Assembly (NCBI GenBank): GCA_951406725.2
Contig: OX597818.1
Coordinates: 68,448,001 to 68,512,000, forward strand
Source of the DNA: Octopus vulgaris
Lineage: Eukaryota
DNA: 64,000 nucleotides
Reading direction: 5' to 3'
The notes below the pieces were generated by a model. That model saw nothing but the letters and a program-made list of their open reading frames with translations. It was not told the origin of the DNA and searched no databases. A program made the translations under genes and the position numbers. Below, one piece after another: positions 37,712 through 52,677 of the stretch (position 1 is the first letter of the stretch; each line of letters opens with the position of its first letter).

Positions 37712-40700
37712 CCTTTGTGCACCCATTAACACTGAAACATGGAAAGGCCGTCGCTGCAGTAACTACTTTGGAAGAGGATATATACACACCTTTAATGGTC
37801 ACTGCTTAGTGTGCATTCCTTTAATTAATTTGAGCTTTGCAAAGCTTTGTATACGCCAGGAAAGTTATTTGCATATAAGAACGACAATTCTTAATGGGCT
37901 ATGGACGACGAATTTGGTCCTTGTATCTGATGAAGGGTAACCACATATGCCTATGCTCCTCAGTTGGATGGGGCCATTCATAACCCCAGTCACTGTGCTT
38001 CTATACACATTATTTGTAAAGAGAATTTCTCTTCCGTGACATTCATTGAAGTGATGCTTTTCCCGTCTGCATGTCCACGAACCTATTGAATAATCATGTA
38101 CACAGCTTTATTTTAATCATCGCTCTATGGTGTATCCTTAATTAATATCTCGATTTTATTTAAGTTTGTAAATCGTTCCCCTTTTTCAGTCCCCACGGAA
38201 GGCCCGATCTTCGGGAAGCAGAGGACTGAAGTTTAGGGTATTAAGTGAAACAAAAACGAAAATCTAAAAAGATTTAATAGATTTTAGAAAACACGAAACT
38301 GTGGAGAGTTTATAAAGTGAAACATGAATCACTCAGTTGAATCAAGCTTTACACACCGAAATAGGATGTTGAAAACTCCGACGCAAAAGGCTGCCCGATG
38401 CGCAAAACCAGAGAAAAGGATATACACGACTTGAAAAAGCTTGCAGCTAAATCGCCATCACCTCACACGGTTTTAATAGAGAAAGATGCATTGGGCAATG
38501 AGGTCCTACGTATACAAATCACAACTTTTGATTTGAATGTCAATGAGCAAAGATTCGTTCCAATACTATTGAGTTTAGGGACAAAACGCCAACAACAACA
38601 ACCAGATGATTCTGAATTTAGTTTCACATGGACAAACAGAAATTAAAAACGAAAAGAGAAAACGTGCACAGTTGTGTTTAGAATTTACACATTCTTTCAT
38701 TCATACAAATGCGAATATCTGTTTAGATCTGAACCTCGGGGCTCGCATCCCATGTAATTTATACAAAATAAAACGAGGCGCACCAAGAGGATTTGTAACC
38801 CTAAAATAACATTGTGTGAGTTTATGTGTGTGTGTCACGTTCTGATCTGAAATTTCAAAAATAGTTTGGGGAGGAAATGTGTTGAGAAGTCGTAAAAATC
38901 AGATTATACACTTTCATACAAAGATGTCAAATACTTCCATTTTATTTCATACCACTAAATGAAGGAGAGGTGGGCTTGTTTTCGTAGAGATGTTATATTG
39001 CTCCATAAATACATCTCATAGAAACCCTCTGACGAATTATTTCATTTTATTTGGTTTTATTTAATTTCCTGCAAAACTACCTCAGTTACGACTGAAAATT
39101 CTTCATCCCTTCTTCACACCGCTTCCCATCTGTCTGGGGACTTTTTATGGTGAGTGCCCATGCTTCTCTTATGTGTTAATATTTACACCATCGCAGATGG
39201 CTGGACAGCTTTGTTTCTCCGACAATACTTTGCGAACTGTTTATAATTGACCTTTGCTACACACTGCAGCGCCGATCCAGATTGGTTTCTCTTTTCTATA
39301 CGAATACATTATGGATAAAAGAGACTTATTGTAAAGAAAAACATACTGTTGGAAAGAAAAAGACAAAGACACTTTTGTAAAAAGCAGAAGAAGGCAAAAA
39401 GAAGAAAGAGATGGGGATTCTTGCAATTGTTTGAAGGGAAATAATTGACGATTACTGCTGAAGACGTCTTTGTATTGAATACTTGAAGACCAAACAATGC
39501 CAGGTGACAATTATTGGTCTGTGCAAATAAATATACGGCTGCACGAAATGAATATCAAATAATGCCAATTTAATGGCTCAGTTTGGAAGAAATGCACGTA
39601 AAGCGAAGGAACAGATGTGTTCTTGAAAAGGTGAGAGATTATCTTTTTGCCATCTCTGACGCTTTCATGATAAAGATGAGGAATCAAAGAAACGTGTGAG
39701 TTATTCTAAAGAGGATTTTCAGGAAGTGGACATGCACCAGCTTTACCTTTTAATCTGATTTGCTCTGGGCGTTAAATTTACGTATGTAGAAGAGTGTGAA
39801 ATTGTCTGAATTATATAAAACCCAGTTTTCACTTCGTTGTACAAATACAAGATTCAATCTGTCTCCAGTATGAATTCCACTTTTAGTGAATTGACTTCGT
39901 GTCAGGTTTGAATTTCGTTAAAATATCAGAACCACAACACAACATTAAATTTCCCTGGAAGCTATGAGCTAATGTCACACAGGTGTGTTGAGGAAGTCTG
40001 GATGCTGTGGACTACCTTCTCTCAACTGGTTCATTGACTGCTTTTCATCAAATGGGCTGAATTGCCTAAATTTAAGTCAATAATATTGACATTCCAACTA
40101 CCCGCCGAATGCACTTTGTGTCACATTTGAAGGCATAGACCCTTACATCTATTTGTTCGAACAAAGTGACTTGTTGAACATTTACACACACTCGTATTCT
40201 TTTAGATAGCTACTGTGACAACATTTCAATTCGGTCATTGGTTCAGGTACTACGAGAAATTAGGATCTACAGCTTTTCATTTAGCAATCGTTCTGCCAGT
40301 AATAACCGAAAGTAGCAGTGGACATTGTAACATTGTTTTATGTAAATATGATCGAGATTTACAGTGAATTGGCCAACCGAATCAGGTTTATCTTTCGTAG
40401 TTCTTTGTTCTTTTGTTTCGAAGAAGAGAGATAACAACGCTCGTAGATGTGAATAATAACAAAACATTTATGCATACACGATGCTGCTGCATCGAATCAA
40501 TGATTTATAAATGTTACAGATGGGCAGAATACTATCAGCAGAGGACAGGGACAAACGCAAAGTTGAATAACCGTTGCAAATGGTTGGGAAGAATCAACGG
40601 AAACTAAGGGTGGAATATAATCAAGACTTGACGGATCAAATACAAAGTGACCAGTCGAATGGCCGTTCTAGTTGATATGTTGAGCTTCCATATTCCATTC

Positions 40701-40771
40701 GATGTTGTATAAAAACTGTTGCAAAGCTTGGTGGATATTGTTCTCTGCTAACGGAAGCTAGACCTGTTCCT

Positions 40772-40802
<31 letters not shown>

Positions 40803-40856
40803 TATTAACCCAAAGTGGCGACAAACTGCTGTAAAACTTCAGCCGCATCAAATACC

Positions 40857-41088
40857 TATTTCTTTACTACCCAGAAGGGGCTAAACACAGAGAGGACAAA
40901 CAAGGAGAGACAAACGGATTAAGTCGATTATATCGACCCCAGTGCGTAACTGGTACTTATTTAATTGACCCCGAAAGGATGAAAGGCAAAGTCGACCTCA
41001 GTGGAATTTGAACCCAGAACGTACCGACAGACGAAATACTGCTGAGCATTTCGCCCGGCGTGCTAACGATTCTGCCAGTTCGCCGCCT
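40857..41088 (-). mobile_element. SINE family 3 with 17-bp TSD
   Basis: TSD CAGCCGCATCAAATACC at 40840-40856 and 41090-41106. Confidence 0.92.
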
Positions 41089-41377
41089 GCAGCCGCATCA
41101 AATACCATGAGACTAGCCAAATTTTATTTCACTGGGGGAGTTGCTATGACGAAGAATGTGTCTGGATAAATGAAAAATTAAGTTTCCTTATATGAATTTT
41201 AGAAATGTGGTTTACTACTTGTCGATTAGGGCGAAATCTTGGAAATGGAAACGTGAAGCACAATATATTTGTAGCAGATTACTTTGTGTGTTCTACAGCA
41301 AACCATTGAAGGAGGGTAATCTTGGGATTTCGTTCCAAAGTGTATCGCTGACTTGTTTTATTGTTCTTAAATGTTAA

Positions 41378-41712
41378 AGGTGCAGAAGTGGTTGTGGGGT
41401 AAGACGTTTGCTTCCCAACATTAGGGTTCCGGGTTCAATCCTACTCCGTGGCACTTTGGGCAAGTGTCTTCTTCTAAAGCCTTGGGCCAAGCAAAGCTTT
41501 CTGGGTTGATTTGGTAGACGAAAACTGAAAAAAGCCCCTCGTATGTGTGCGTGTTTGCTTGTCGGTGTGTTTGCCCTCACCACCGCTTGACAATTAGTGT
41601 TGGTCTGGTTACGTCCCCGTAACTAAGCAGTTCGACAAAAGAGGCCGATAGAAATTAGTACTAGGCTTTAAAGAATGCACAGGGGTCGATTCGTTCGACA
41701 AATATTCTTCCA
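41378..41712 (+). mobile_element. SINE family 1
   Basis: Head boxes and body match; tail truncated. Confidence 0.8.
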
Positions 41713-42705
41713 ATCTGATATTGCTTATTTTTACAGTGAAAAGTTAAATCGCTCAAAGGAAGGAAGTTCGAAATTTATGGGAAATCTAAATCAACGTGAA
41801 AGTGGTGTGTTGCTGTTCGATAACCAATTTAGCAGGGAAGTTCATTACTTCGAAATTGCTCTTGTTTCAATTCTGCTGAACTTTGTAATTCAACAGCAAT
41901 TCTCTCAGGACCTTTGAATATACATATTTGTAGATGAATTTCGCGGATGAAATTGCTAAACATATTTCAAAATTCACATTACTGATCGAACGAGACCATG
42001 GAACAATCTATCGGTTACCATATGCAAAATCCATTTTTTACATACAGCTTGCTTGCTTTCCATTGACTTTATAGAAGCTCGTCGATTCGTTCATCCGTGA
42101 TCTGTAGTTGTTAATACATTGGATACCGTTCTGGACACCGTTTATCTACATTTTGTCAACTTTCATACCGTGAGTGCTAAAGCAGTTCGGAATCGTTTCA
42201 TGGAAACTCTGCAAAAGGTATAGAAACGAGCGTCGAAGAACAATTCCTTTACTGATTCAGAAAGTATTTCCTGAGTTACCATTCATCCTGCTAATCTCTC
42301 AACAAGAACAACCCAAGAGTTAGCTACAGTTGTACGAAAATTAGGTTTAATGCCAATAAGATCCACAATGCAATTATAAAGCAAACAAGTTCAGAGCAAA
42401 GAAAGCCGACGTGTGCTTGCTAAAATATACTTTTACTCCTCCCTCGAAAGGGCAAATGGCTTGAAAAAGTATTATATGCTTTACCAGCGTCTCCACCAAT
42501 AACACATCGACAAGTGTTGCGTGGTTCACAAAGCAATCTTTCAAAAGTTGTCTGCGATGCTACAATTCATTCTACCACTGCCATCTGGAATATGTCACGG
42601 TACTTTCACGGCATATTTAAAATCTGAGCGACAATACAGAGACCTTCAATAAGGCGTGAGGGTTGCTAACTAGAACACAGGCGTTTACAGATTGATGATG
42701 CAAAT

Positions 42706-42931
42706 AACGAAGGGGTGGGGTTGTAAAGTTACTGGCTTTAAGTGTATCACGAAAGGCCTGGTTGGAGTCCCGGCATTCCGGGTTCTTTTACAGGGCTTAG
42801 AAAAACTGAAGTACACTTGCAATAAGTGTATGAATCTGAGAGGGGGAATATGTTGGATAAAATCATAATTAACTGATCCTTCTGGATTTTCTTTTATCCA
42901 AAACCAGGAACTTTTCAGCACCCCATCGTAG
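42706..42931 (+). mobile_element. Internally deleted mariner derivative (MITE)
   Basis: Imperfect TIRs (ACGAAGGGGTG..AAAGTTACTGG / CCAGGAACTTTTCAGCACCCCATCGTA); interior resembles the mariner C-terminal KCxxLxGEYVE region. Confidence 0.65.
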
Positions 42932-43763
42932 GTCTTACTGAGAAGTAACACAACATCCAACAGTTTATTCTAATCCGAAATTGAAAAGGCAAACTACTTT
43001 ACCTTATCTCTAAAATTTCAAAAAGAACTTATACCTGTAAGATGATAGTAAGCTCCATGAATTTACACTCCTTATTCTGTGGGAAAAGCTTTTGCCACCA
43101 GCAACCGTTCAAAAACTAATTTAAAATCTATTGATACGTCAACTAAAGTACAGATCTATTGAAACCGTAGTATATGCGCTAATCTCTGTTTATGTCAAGC
43201 ATAAACATCGTGTAAATCTCTGTATATGCGTTCAGATGAACCATGCTTCTATCAGCATGCATATACACTTAACCAATGATCCATTCGTATTAAGAAAGTT
43301 ATCAATTTCGGACTTTACCTCAGATTTTCACGGTACTTCGAAAATTTCAGAGAAAATGAAAATAAGGACTGCTGTCTACTAGTAAAGGAATATTTTATAA
43401 CAGTTTGTGGTTACACTTTTGTTTATGAAAAAATATTTAACAATTTACTCCACAACACTCTGGCAAAATTTTGATGGGTCGTCGCAGTCAAGGTTGTTTC
43501 ATATTTAGCGTCACTACTTTCCTGGGCCTGTCGGACATCTTTCGCTCATTCGTATTTCTGTTTTTGTCATGGTTCATACGATTTGATGTTCTTCCTAACA
43601 TCAACCACATTACAGAAGGTACTGAGTAGATTTATCATGGAACAAACAGTAAAGTAGTATTGTCTTCTATCAGATTAAACTTTCGTTTCTAGGTAGTTTC
43701 CATTCTCTCGCGTTAAACATAACCTAAGGGGTAACCTGAAGATTCATGAAATAAGCAAGTTAT

Positions 43764-43980
43764 AGGCCGGTGAGTTGACAGAATCATTCACACGCCAGGC
43801 AAAATGCTTAGCGGTATTTCGTCCATCTTTACGTTCCGTGTTCAAATACTGCCAAGGTCGACTTCGCCTTCCATCCCTCTGGGGTTGATAAAATAAGTAC
43901 CAGTTTAATACTGTAGTTGATGTAATCGATTTTCCTCCTCACCTTAAATTATGGATCTTGTGCCAAAAACTGAAACTATT
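43764..43980 (+). mobile_element. SINE family 3, older copy
   Basis: GCCTTCCATCCCTCTGGGGTTGATAAAATAAGTACCAG domain; ATAAGCAAGTTAT on both flanks. Confidence 0.8.
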
Positions 43981-45304
43981 ATAAGCAAGTTATTGAAAGA
44001 GAAGACTCGATGGCCATAGTTTTGGACATTCAGCAATGATGCTGACACAGAAAACCTGTGATTTCAAGCTGGTAAGACACACTGTTCACAACTATTGTCT
44101 CTTAATGACTCATGTCTTATCTACTAAATGGGAATATTGCAGAAACTATTCCCACCTCAAAATAAGCCAAACTGGAGACGTCAGGCCCTGAGAACATTTC
44201 TCTAAGTTATATCTCTACATTTTGAAACAAGAGAAGAAATTATACACCAGAATATAGAAGTGGCAAATAACTGCAACTCCTATATTTTGTCACCCAAGTG
44301 AATAGCAAACAAAATTCGTTGCTTGGTTTCATGCCACCGCTTTGTTCTTGGGTGCCCTTAGCCAAAGTAAGTTTGTAGCAAATATTCTGGACTAGGTTTC
44401 TTATTTTAGGATACATACCACAGCCCCACTCATCTTGGAAGCCCTTTCCCTCCTGACTAAATGATAAACAAAGATAGAAAAACGTGATTAATGGGGTGGG
44501 GTAGTACCAGAACTCAACTAACATTTCTTTTTAATCAGTTACACCGCAGCAGGGATTTGAAACCAAACTGCTAGGTAACTAAACTAGTCTCACATCACGA
44601 TCAAATATAGTTTCACCTGATCGGTTTGTTAAGCAACCTATCAACATCAAACCATTGTATGATATGATTTTCTAAGATATTTTCCTTATGCTCTATAAAA
44701 GAGCGGTTTTTGGTAGCTATTGCAGAATGTGGAGGCAGTCTGCATTCTCTTCATCCCATCCAGCTAATTAAGACAGATGACATAGAAGAAATAGGAATTG
44801 TTGTCGCCATGAATATAGCACAATTATTTTCCAGTTATGATACAGATTGTGATACGAGTGAGTTTGTCATCAACTCCAAGCGATATGTCTCTTCCAGGAC
44901 TTAGTTATTGCTCTTAACATTTAGAAAAGACCTGAACGCTTAAAACTCTATGTGCCTTGAGTAAATTGTTTGAGGGTGTCGTTCCATTACTTCGTGCGAC
45001 GCAACAAATACATTTTCAGTCATTTCATATCAGCTGACAACAACAAACTACACCAACAACCACCACAACAGCATCAAAGACATATAATGCAGCAATTTAG
45101 CATTTCAAAGACCCCAGTTGTCTTAGGTGCTTTCCTCACTACCAGGTAGGTCATCCGTTAAGAGCTACAATCAAAGCAGGGCGATCTTCAATAAATGGTT
45201 GATCCCCAAACGAGAGATGATACTTAGAATGATAAACCCAACAAAAATAATGTCAGAGTCAATAAAAGACAGCAACAGATACTAAGTTACAATGGTTCCA
45301 GTTT

Positions 45305-45712
45305 AGAATTTACTCTTACTCTTTACTCTTTTACTTGTTTCAGTCATTTGACTGCGGCCATGCTGGAGCACGGCCTTTAGTCGAGCAAATCGACCCCGGG
45401 ACTTATTCTTTGTAAGCCCAGTACTTATTCTATCGGTCTCTATTGCCGAACCGCTAAGTGACGGGGACGTAAACACACCAGCATCGGTTGTCAAGCAATG
45501 CTAGGGGGACAAACACAGACACACAAACATATACACACACACTTATATATATACATATATACGACAGGCTTCTTTCAGTTTCCGTCTACCAAATCCACTC
45601 ACAAGGCATTGGTCGGCCCGGGGCTATAGCAGAAGACACTTGCCCAAGATGCCACGCAGTGGGACTGAACCCGGAACCATGTGGTTGGTTAGCAAGCTAC
45701 TTACCACACAGC
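45305..45712 (-). mobile_element. SINE family 1, well-preserved copy
   Basis: Closest match to the family consensus in the window. Confidence 0.9.
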
Positions 45713-45739
45713 ACACAATATTTTAACAACTAATTCTCT

Positions 45740-45950
45740 ATTATTCACGATTAAACTGACCGAAAGCAACCTGTGCCCTTTTTGTCAACGTGAGGTGGAG
45801 ACGGTGTCGCACCTTTTCTGGTATTGTGAATGTGTCCAAGACTTCTGGCAATGCTTCTTAGATTTGCTGTATGAAAAGTGCCTACGTCTTTGCAACATGA
45901 AACTTGACCCTCAGCTCATTCTATTCGGATTGAGAAAAAAACCACATCTA
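45740..45950 (+). mobile_element. L1/Tx1-type LINE ORF2 C-terminal zinc-knuckle fragment
   Basis: CPFCQREVETVSHLFWYCECVQDFW..LILFGL (CCHC, zf-RVT-like). Confidence 0.75.
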
Positions 45951-45954
45951 CTGA

Positions 45955-46150
45955 TGGCATCTTTGACTTGCCAATAATATTCTTCAAACATTTTGTCGAC
46001 CCCATATTTCAAGACTTCTGCACAGATTCCATCAGACCCTGGAGACTTATATTTATTCAGCTTATTCGCAGCTAAATAAATGTCATTTAGAATTGGTTCA
46101 AATGCCATCTCCTCTATAACTGGAAGGTGTTCCATTTTTCTATCATCCTC
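45955..46150 (-). mobile_element. RTE-like LINE fragment upstream of the RT core
   Basis: EPILNDIYLAANKLNKYKSPGSDGICAEVLKYG (KSPGxDG motif). Confidence 0.7.
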
Positions 46151-46889
46151 ATGTCAGGTACACACACACACACACACTCACACACACACACACACACACT
46201 CACACACACACACACATCATACATACACACATATATACAAGCATGCATGCACACACGAACATACATAATCACAATCACATCAAAGACCCGGATAAGGTTT
46301 TACCACATCTTCAGTGTCATTATTGGAACCAGCATCCACCTGATTCCAAGTTTCATCAATACTGTTCTGCTAGAGATGGAGCGGGAGACAGCATTACTTT
46401 ATTGTAATCAATATGAAATACAGTCCCTATATAGTCACTAGAAATAACAACTAATGCTCCCTCAAATTTCACTGTATTCTCTTTAAAGCAATGTAGGGTC
46501 CATCGATGTAGTTGGGTCCCAATGCATTTCCGACACCAGTGGTGGACTGGCCAGGTTGCCAGCTTGACCGATGGCAAGCGGGCTCCTGCACCATTAGAAT
46601 CCATATATGGAGGTCCATGTTAGTATCTAAGGGGCCAATCTCCTAAAGTTTGAGAATTTTTATCCACTCCTGGAAGAATGTATTAATTATTTCAGCCTGG
46701 GGCAGTGTTTGAAGACAGTTGAAAAGAATACTTTTAACAAAGAAAAAAATTAAATGATACCATCGTAGTTATGGGTGGACCCCCTTGTAGTTGTGGCTTG
46801 GCCCCCTTAGTCTCCTGGCAACCAAAATTTTTAGAACCAGTCTGCCACTCTCCAAAACCATCTATTTCTCTCTCTCTCTCTCACTCTGA

Positions 46890-47085
46890 GATGACGGTGG
46901 TGGTGGCGCTGCTGTTACTGATGATGATGATGGTGATGATGATGATGATGACGACGACGACGACGACGACGACGTCGATGATGATAAAGATGATGATGAT
47001 GATGATGATGGCAATGGCAATGGAGACAACAACAACAGCGATGACGATGATTATGTTCATCATCATCATCGTCGTCGTCGTCATC

Positions 47086-47138
<53 letters not shown>

Positions 47139-47600
47139 CACCATCACCATCACCATCATCGTCCCCATCATCGTCACCATCATCGCCACCATCATCATCA
47201 TCATCATCTTTATCATCATCGACGTCGTCGTCGTCGTCATCATCTTGCACTGTCAGCATCAGCATAGAAAAATGGATGTTAAATGATGATGAAGATGGCA
47301 ATGGCAATGGTGACAGCAACAACTGCGATGACGATGATTATGTTCATCAGCATCATCATCGTCGTCGTCGTCGTCATCATCATCATCATCTTCATCATCA
47401 TCGTCACCACCACCACCACCATCATCATCATCACCATCTTCATCATCGTCACCATCATCATCATCATCATCACCATCATCGTCCCAATCATCGTCACCAT
47501 CGTCACCATCATCGCCACCATCATCATCATCATCATCTTTATCATCATCGACGTCGTCGTCCTCGTCATCATCTTGCACTGTCAGCATCACCTTCACCAT
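46890..47600. repeat. Duplicated trinucleotide mosaic with internal fold-back
   Basis: About 300-bp tandem duplication (46984-47259, 47284-47589) sharing GGCAATGGCAATGG, TTATGTTCATC and CTTGCACTGTCAGCATC anchors. Confidence 0.85.
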
Positions 47601-47984
47601 TAGTTTACTGGCTGCAAAACAACATACATCTCAATCAAGACTTATTTAAATCACCAAAACATGTCAGGTGAAACTGGGTCATAAAAGTAAACAACAACAA
47701 CACAATATATCACCTGCGAGAAGTAGGTTAAAAGATTAACAACTACAAAAGCACAACACAAGCACACACATATACACGCATGCACTCACACACACACACA
47801 TATACACGCATGCACTCACACACACACACATAATATATATATATATATATATATACGTTCATACATATATGTATATATATATATACATGCTCATACATAT
47901 ACATATATATATATTTTCACGTTCATACATATATGTATATATATATGTATATATACATATACATATATATATATATATATATAC

Positions 47985-48023
<39 letters not shown>

Positions 48024-49099
48024 CGTTCATACATATATGTGTATATATATATATACATGTATATGTATATATATATATATATATGTATGTATATGTGTGT
48101 GTGTGTGCATTCAGACATGCTTACACACATACACACACACACATATATATAGATGAGTGGTATATGGTTGAAGAGTCTCCTCTTTGAAATGTTTGCTGTG
48201 TGGCTGATGGCTGCTGCCGACCATTCAATTACTGAGCTTCACTTTATCACAGAATTACTCCAAGAGATAAAGAGACACAATGAGAATCAGACATTGAATG
48301 GAAAAACAATGAGAAAATCAATATTTAAAACTCGATTCTGTTGTTGATGAAGAAATATTCCATCAGTGTTGAAAGAAGTTTTGTTTTATAGGCAGATGGG
48401 ACGGAACACAGGAGGTGGTGCGGAGATATTGGTCGGGTGAAGTGGCAGGGTCGCTAGAACAGAGGACAAATGCCTCACATTAATATTGCCTGTGAGTTCA
48501 AATCCCAGCAAACTCAGCTTTGACATTTATCCTTTTACGCTTTATAAAGTAGGACTAATCTGGGTCAGAAGATTAGCAAAATTGTAAGAACGTCAGATTA
48601 GATGTCTTGTTTTGTTTCTTTTCAATAAGAAACCATGTCTGAGTTTGTTTGACCCACTGTAAATGATAGCCTAGTCTCCCTCAAACCACTTCCTGCTGTC
48701 TGCAATTAAGTAAAGGACTCATTAGATATTGTATTTTTAAAAAGCGTTAAGCAGACAGGATGGTCATAAATGGAACAACACCAATCATAGTGCTGCTCTT
48801 TCAACAACAGAAATAACAACTAATGTAAAAAATTAATTACCACAAAAGACACAACAACAAAAATATAATAAACAGTAAATAAAATAATTTCAATATGCAA
48901 AGAAACAAGAAATGCAAACCTTAGCGTCTGACCTGGAGAGATGCTGAGGTCATCTTGAAAATCAGTTAAAGGGAGACGTAAAATGGAGTGTAAGATGTAG
49001 TTGATTGAATTGGAATTTGCCTCTTAGTTAGGGAAAGAAATCAAAAGCCTAATAATAATTGTGAGTGATGAAGAAAGGAAAGGGGATATCACAGCTCTT

Positions 49100-49285
49100 G
49101 TCTTTTATTCCTTAATCATTTCAGTCATAAGACTGTGGCCATGCTGGGGTATTGCCCTGAAGAATTTTTAGTCAAACAACTCAACCACAGTGCATTTTGC
49201 CTTTTTAGCCTGGTATTTACTGTATAGGTCTCATTTGCTAAACATTATGGGGATGTAAATAAACCAACACCAGTTGTCAAGCAGT
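49100..49285 (-). mobile_element. SINE family 1, 3' half
   Basis: Reverse of the tail and 3' body. Confidence 0.7.
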
Positions 49286-49351
49286 TTAATAAAGTAACGA
49301 ATGCAGATGCAAAGATACACACACAACATGCGCGCACACATGCACACGCAT

Positions 49352-49398
<47 letters not shown>

Positions 49399-49727
49399 TG
49401 TATAATTGAATGCAACATGCCAATTGTTGTTTCCCCTTGCAAACAAAGATCAGACTTGTTTCTGAGAATGTTAATTAAATCTGAGAGATTAATTCTTTAT
49501 TTCTGCAAATTTTCTCCCCCTTTTCTTTGAAAGTCGTTAATAGCTGCTGCAAGCTATTTTCTGTTTTTTTTTCTGTCCAAATGAAAAGAAAATTTTAATT
49601 AATAAAGAAATATTATTCCGCATCTCATGAATATAATTGGGCCAGAATCATTGGAAGCATGAAACTTCTGTCTAGATTTTCCAGACGCTCATAATAACAG
49701 CCAAATCGCCCCCAAATTTCACCTTAC

Positions 49728-50126
49728 TATTGTGTCGAGTCAAAAGTTTTCGCAATATTTTGGTAACTTGTTTACTTTATGCATCAAGTTACCAAAATAA
49801 AAGCAGCATAGCATTCAAAGTAGAGGAGATCGTGTTACACCACCTGAAGCAACCTTTCTACCTGTTCGCTACTTGTTACCATCCATAGCTCACTTCCTAC
49901 CCTCATGATGCTTCATTACCAAAAAAGAGGTGGTCACTTCAGTGAAGGAGTTCTTCATTTCGAAGGAGAAGAACTGGCATCAGTATTGGGATCAAAGACC
50001 TGACAGAAAGTGGCTTCAGATGGTGCAACATGATGGCCTTTGAATGCCTGCCTGCTTTTTTTGTAACTTGACAAATAACGAAAAAAACTTAACCAAAATA
50101 TTGCAAAACTTTTGACTCAACACAAA
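49728..50126 (+). mobile_element. Mariner-derived MITE with ~35-bp TIRs
   Basis: TTGTGTCGAGTCAAAAGTTTTCGCAATATTTTGGT / ACCAAAATATTGCAAAACTTTTGACTCAACACAA; interior resembles a mariner C-terminus. Confidence 0.8.
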
Positions 50127-50409
50127 ATCAAAATCTCATGAAAGAAAGAATGCGGTGGATAACATAGTTTGAAAGAGAGCAAGATGGAATGGTCTTCTCT
50201 GGAATGTCTTTGATTATGTTATATGATGGGCCCTCAACCTTTGATGGTAGCGTTATCATCATACCAAAGATGGTGCCCTGAGTATATTTTCCTTTACACC
50301 TGATGGAGCACATGTTTCTCATTGGTTTTGCCAAACCTGATTGTTTCCAGAAATTGTAAGAGAGACAAACAGACAGATGGACAGAGGAAGACAAACTGAG
50401 AGAAAAAAG

Positions 50410-50550
50410 GGACTGGAGCGGTACTTTATCAATTGACCCAAAAAGAATGAAAGGAGCAAAGTTGATGTTGGGAGGAAGTGAACTTAGAGTGCAGGGATCC
50501 AGAACAAATACTGCAATACAATCTGTCCTATTCTCTACCAACTTGGCCAA
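50410..50550 (-). mobile_element. SINE family 3, highly degenerate
   Basis: GGTACTTTATCAATTGACCCAAAAGAATGAAAGG. Confidence 0.55.
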
Positions 50551-51222
50551 TCCATGACCACCTTGTTTGATTATAGGACTGCTCAATTGGAGCTGGCCCA
50601 CACCTAAACAGCAACAACAACAACAACAGCAATTAGAGCAGATCAATGCCAATATGGATGGTATTCCTGACAATGCTACTCATTGAGCATTAGAACCATT
50701 TATGTAACATCCAATCGCAGCTGCGAGAAGGGGGTAGGGTTTATGGGGTTAGGGGTCAGTCCATAATATAATGAATAAAACTTTCCATTAGGGCTGCCAG
50801 CATGTGACAATCCATGAATCTTCTCAACAACGATACACACATGTCACTATTCCACAACATCCTTTCACATTTTATGCAATATTTCAACTTTACAAATCAA
50901 TAATGTTTTATTATGTAAGCCTGTAAGCCTGTGAGCGGCCAGAGATTCCGACCTTTGCTTGTAAAGAGCAGAGCCTCAACTGGAAAGTTCCATTAAAATC
51001 TTATGAGTGTAATCTGGTGTCTTTTAATTTTTCTCTGTCTACTTTTCCTTGTCCAATCAACGCATACTTATGCAAACACATGCTTATACATACACACATA
51101 CACACATACACATACATATATATTCATGCCTAGGAGCACACACAACCATGCATATGTGTTCGTTTATTCACTGACATAAACATATACATTTCAGATATCT
51201 ATTTATTTACTTTTGCTAAAAT

Positions 51223-51253
<31 letters not shown>

Positions 51254-52641
51254 TTCACACATGCTGCCCACACGTGCACAGATACAAATACATTCATATA
51301 CTTTCAATATATTAAAATATACCTAAACCTACACACAGTAACATACACAAACACTCACACACGGAGAAATATACACACTTATTTTGACACACACACATAC
51401 AACTCATACAAGCATATAGTCAACAATATACATGCACACAAACACACCAACATTATTTTACACAATAACAGAATGTGCATGTTAACACAGACATTCGCAC
51501 GCATGACAAGAACATATCCATTTACACCAACATTAACGCATACATACACTCACACACACACACTTACATACACATTCTCATAAATTTTCTACATTAGCAC
51601 ACACATTTGCTTACAGATACTCATTCACACATCTATCTTTACACACCATTTCACACACCCACAAACATACACACACAGATACACCCTTTCACTTGCACTA
51701 ACACAAACACACGCAAATGGATGCACAAATTTACACTTCATGCCCGCATTCACACAGATGCGTTGTGTCAAATGTACACACAGATCCACAACTCAAAACA
51801 CACACACACACGTTTAAACACATATTGACATAAAATATACACACATAAACATGCACATTAACACATATTGACACAGAAATGCATACATGTACATTCACAC
51901 TAATACACAGAAATAAACACACACATACACATGTATACACATATATACACACATATATACGTACATTCTCTTTCATCCCCACACACATATTAGTCAGAAA
52001 TTACATGGAGACAAGAAGCAAAAACCAAAAAATATCAAACCAAAATTCTGACTGTAAGTTGTATGGTGTGTTTGAGAGAATAATTTAGTGAGTTAATCCT
52101 GTTCTGATTTGTGCGTTGTGTCAAATATTTCACAGTGATAATAATATTTCAGATGAAATAAACACTTTATTAGATCAGCGAGATATTTCTTCAGCATTAC
52201 AGCTCCATTAAACTTTGTGGCACCAATCAAAATATCAAAGCTTACTGCCAATGAACGGTGCTGCATTAAAACTGTCTTTGCTTTGCTACCTTGGTACTAA
52301 AACGCATTGATATTTTTCATGTGTAAAAATACACAAACATGGACAGCTTTACTTGTACGTACATACATGTGCATATACATGTGCATATAAATATATAAAT
52401 GTAATTATGTGCACACAGGCATGCATGTGTATCAACATGCACACGTTTATATATAACTATACATGCATGTGGGATGTTGCATCTATGTATGTATATATGT
52501 GAGTGTATGCATGTGTGTATGTATGCATATACATGAATAAAAATACACACACACATATATATATTCATATGTGTATAAATATATATATATGTGTGTGTGT
52601 GTGCATGTGTGTATATATCTATTTATCAATCTCTCTCTCTC

Positions 52642-52677
<36 letters not shown>

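Noticed and set aside
37927-37945. CTGATGA hammerhead half-core
   Set aside because: No downstream GAAA with a closing stem II.
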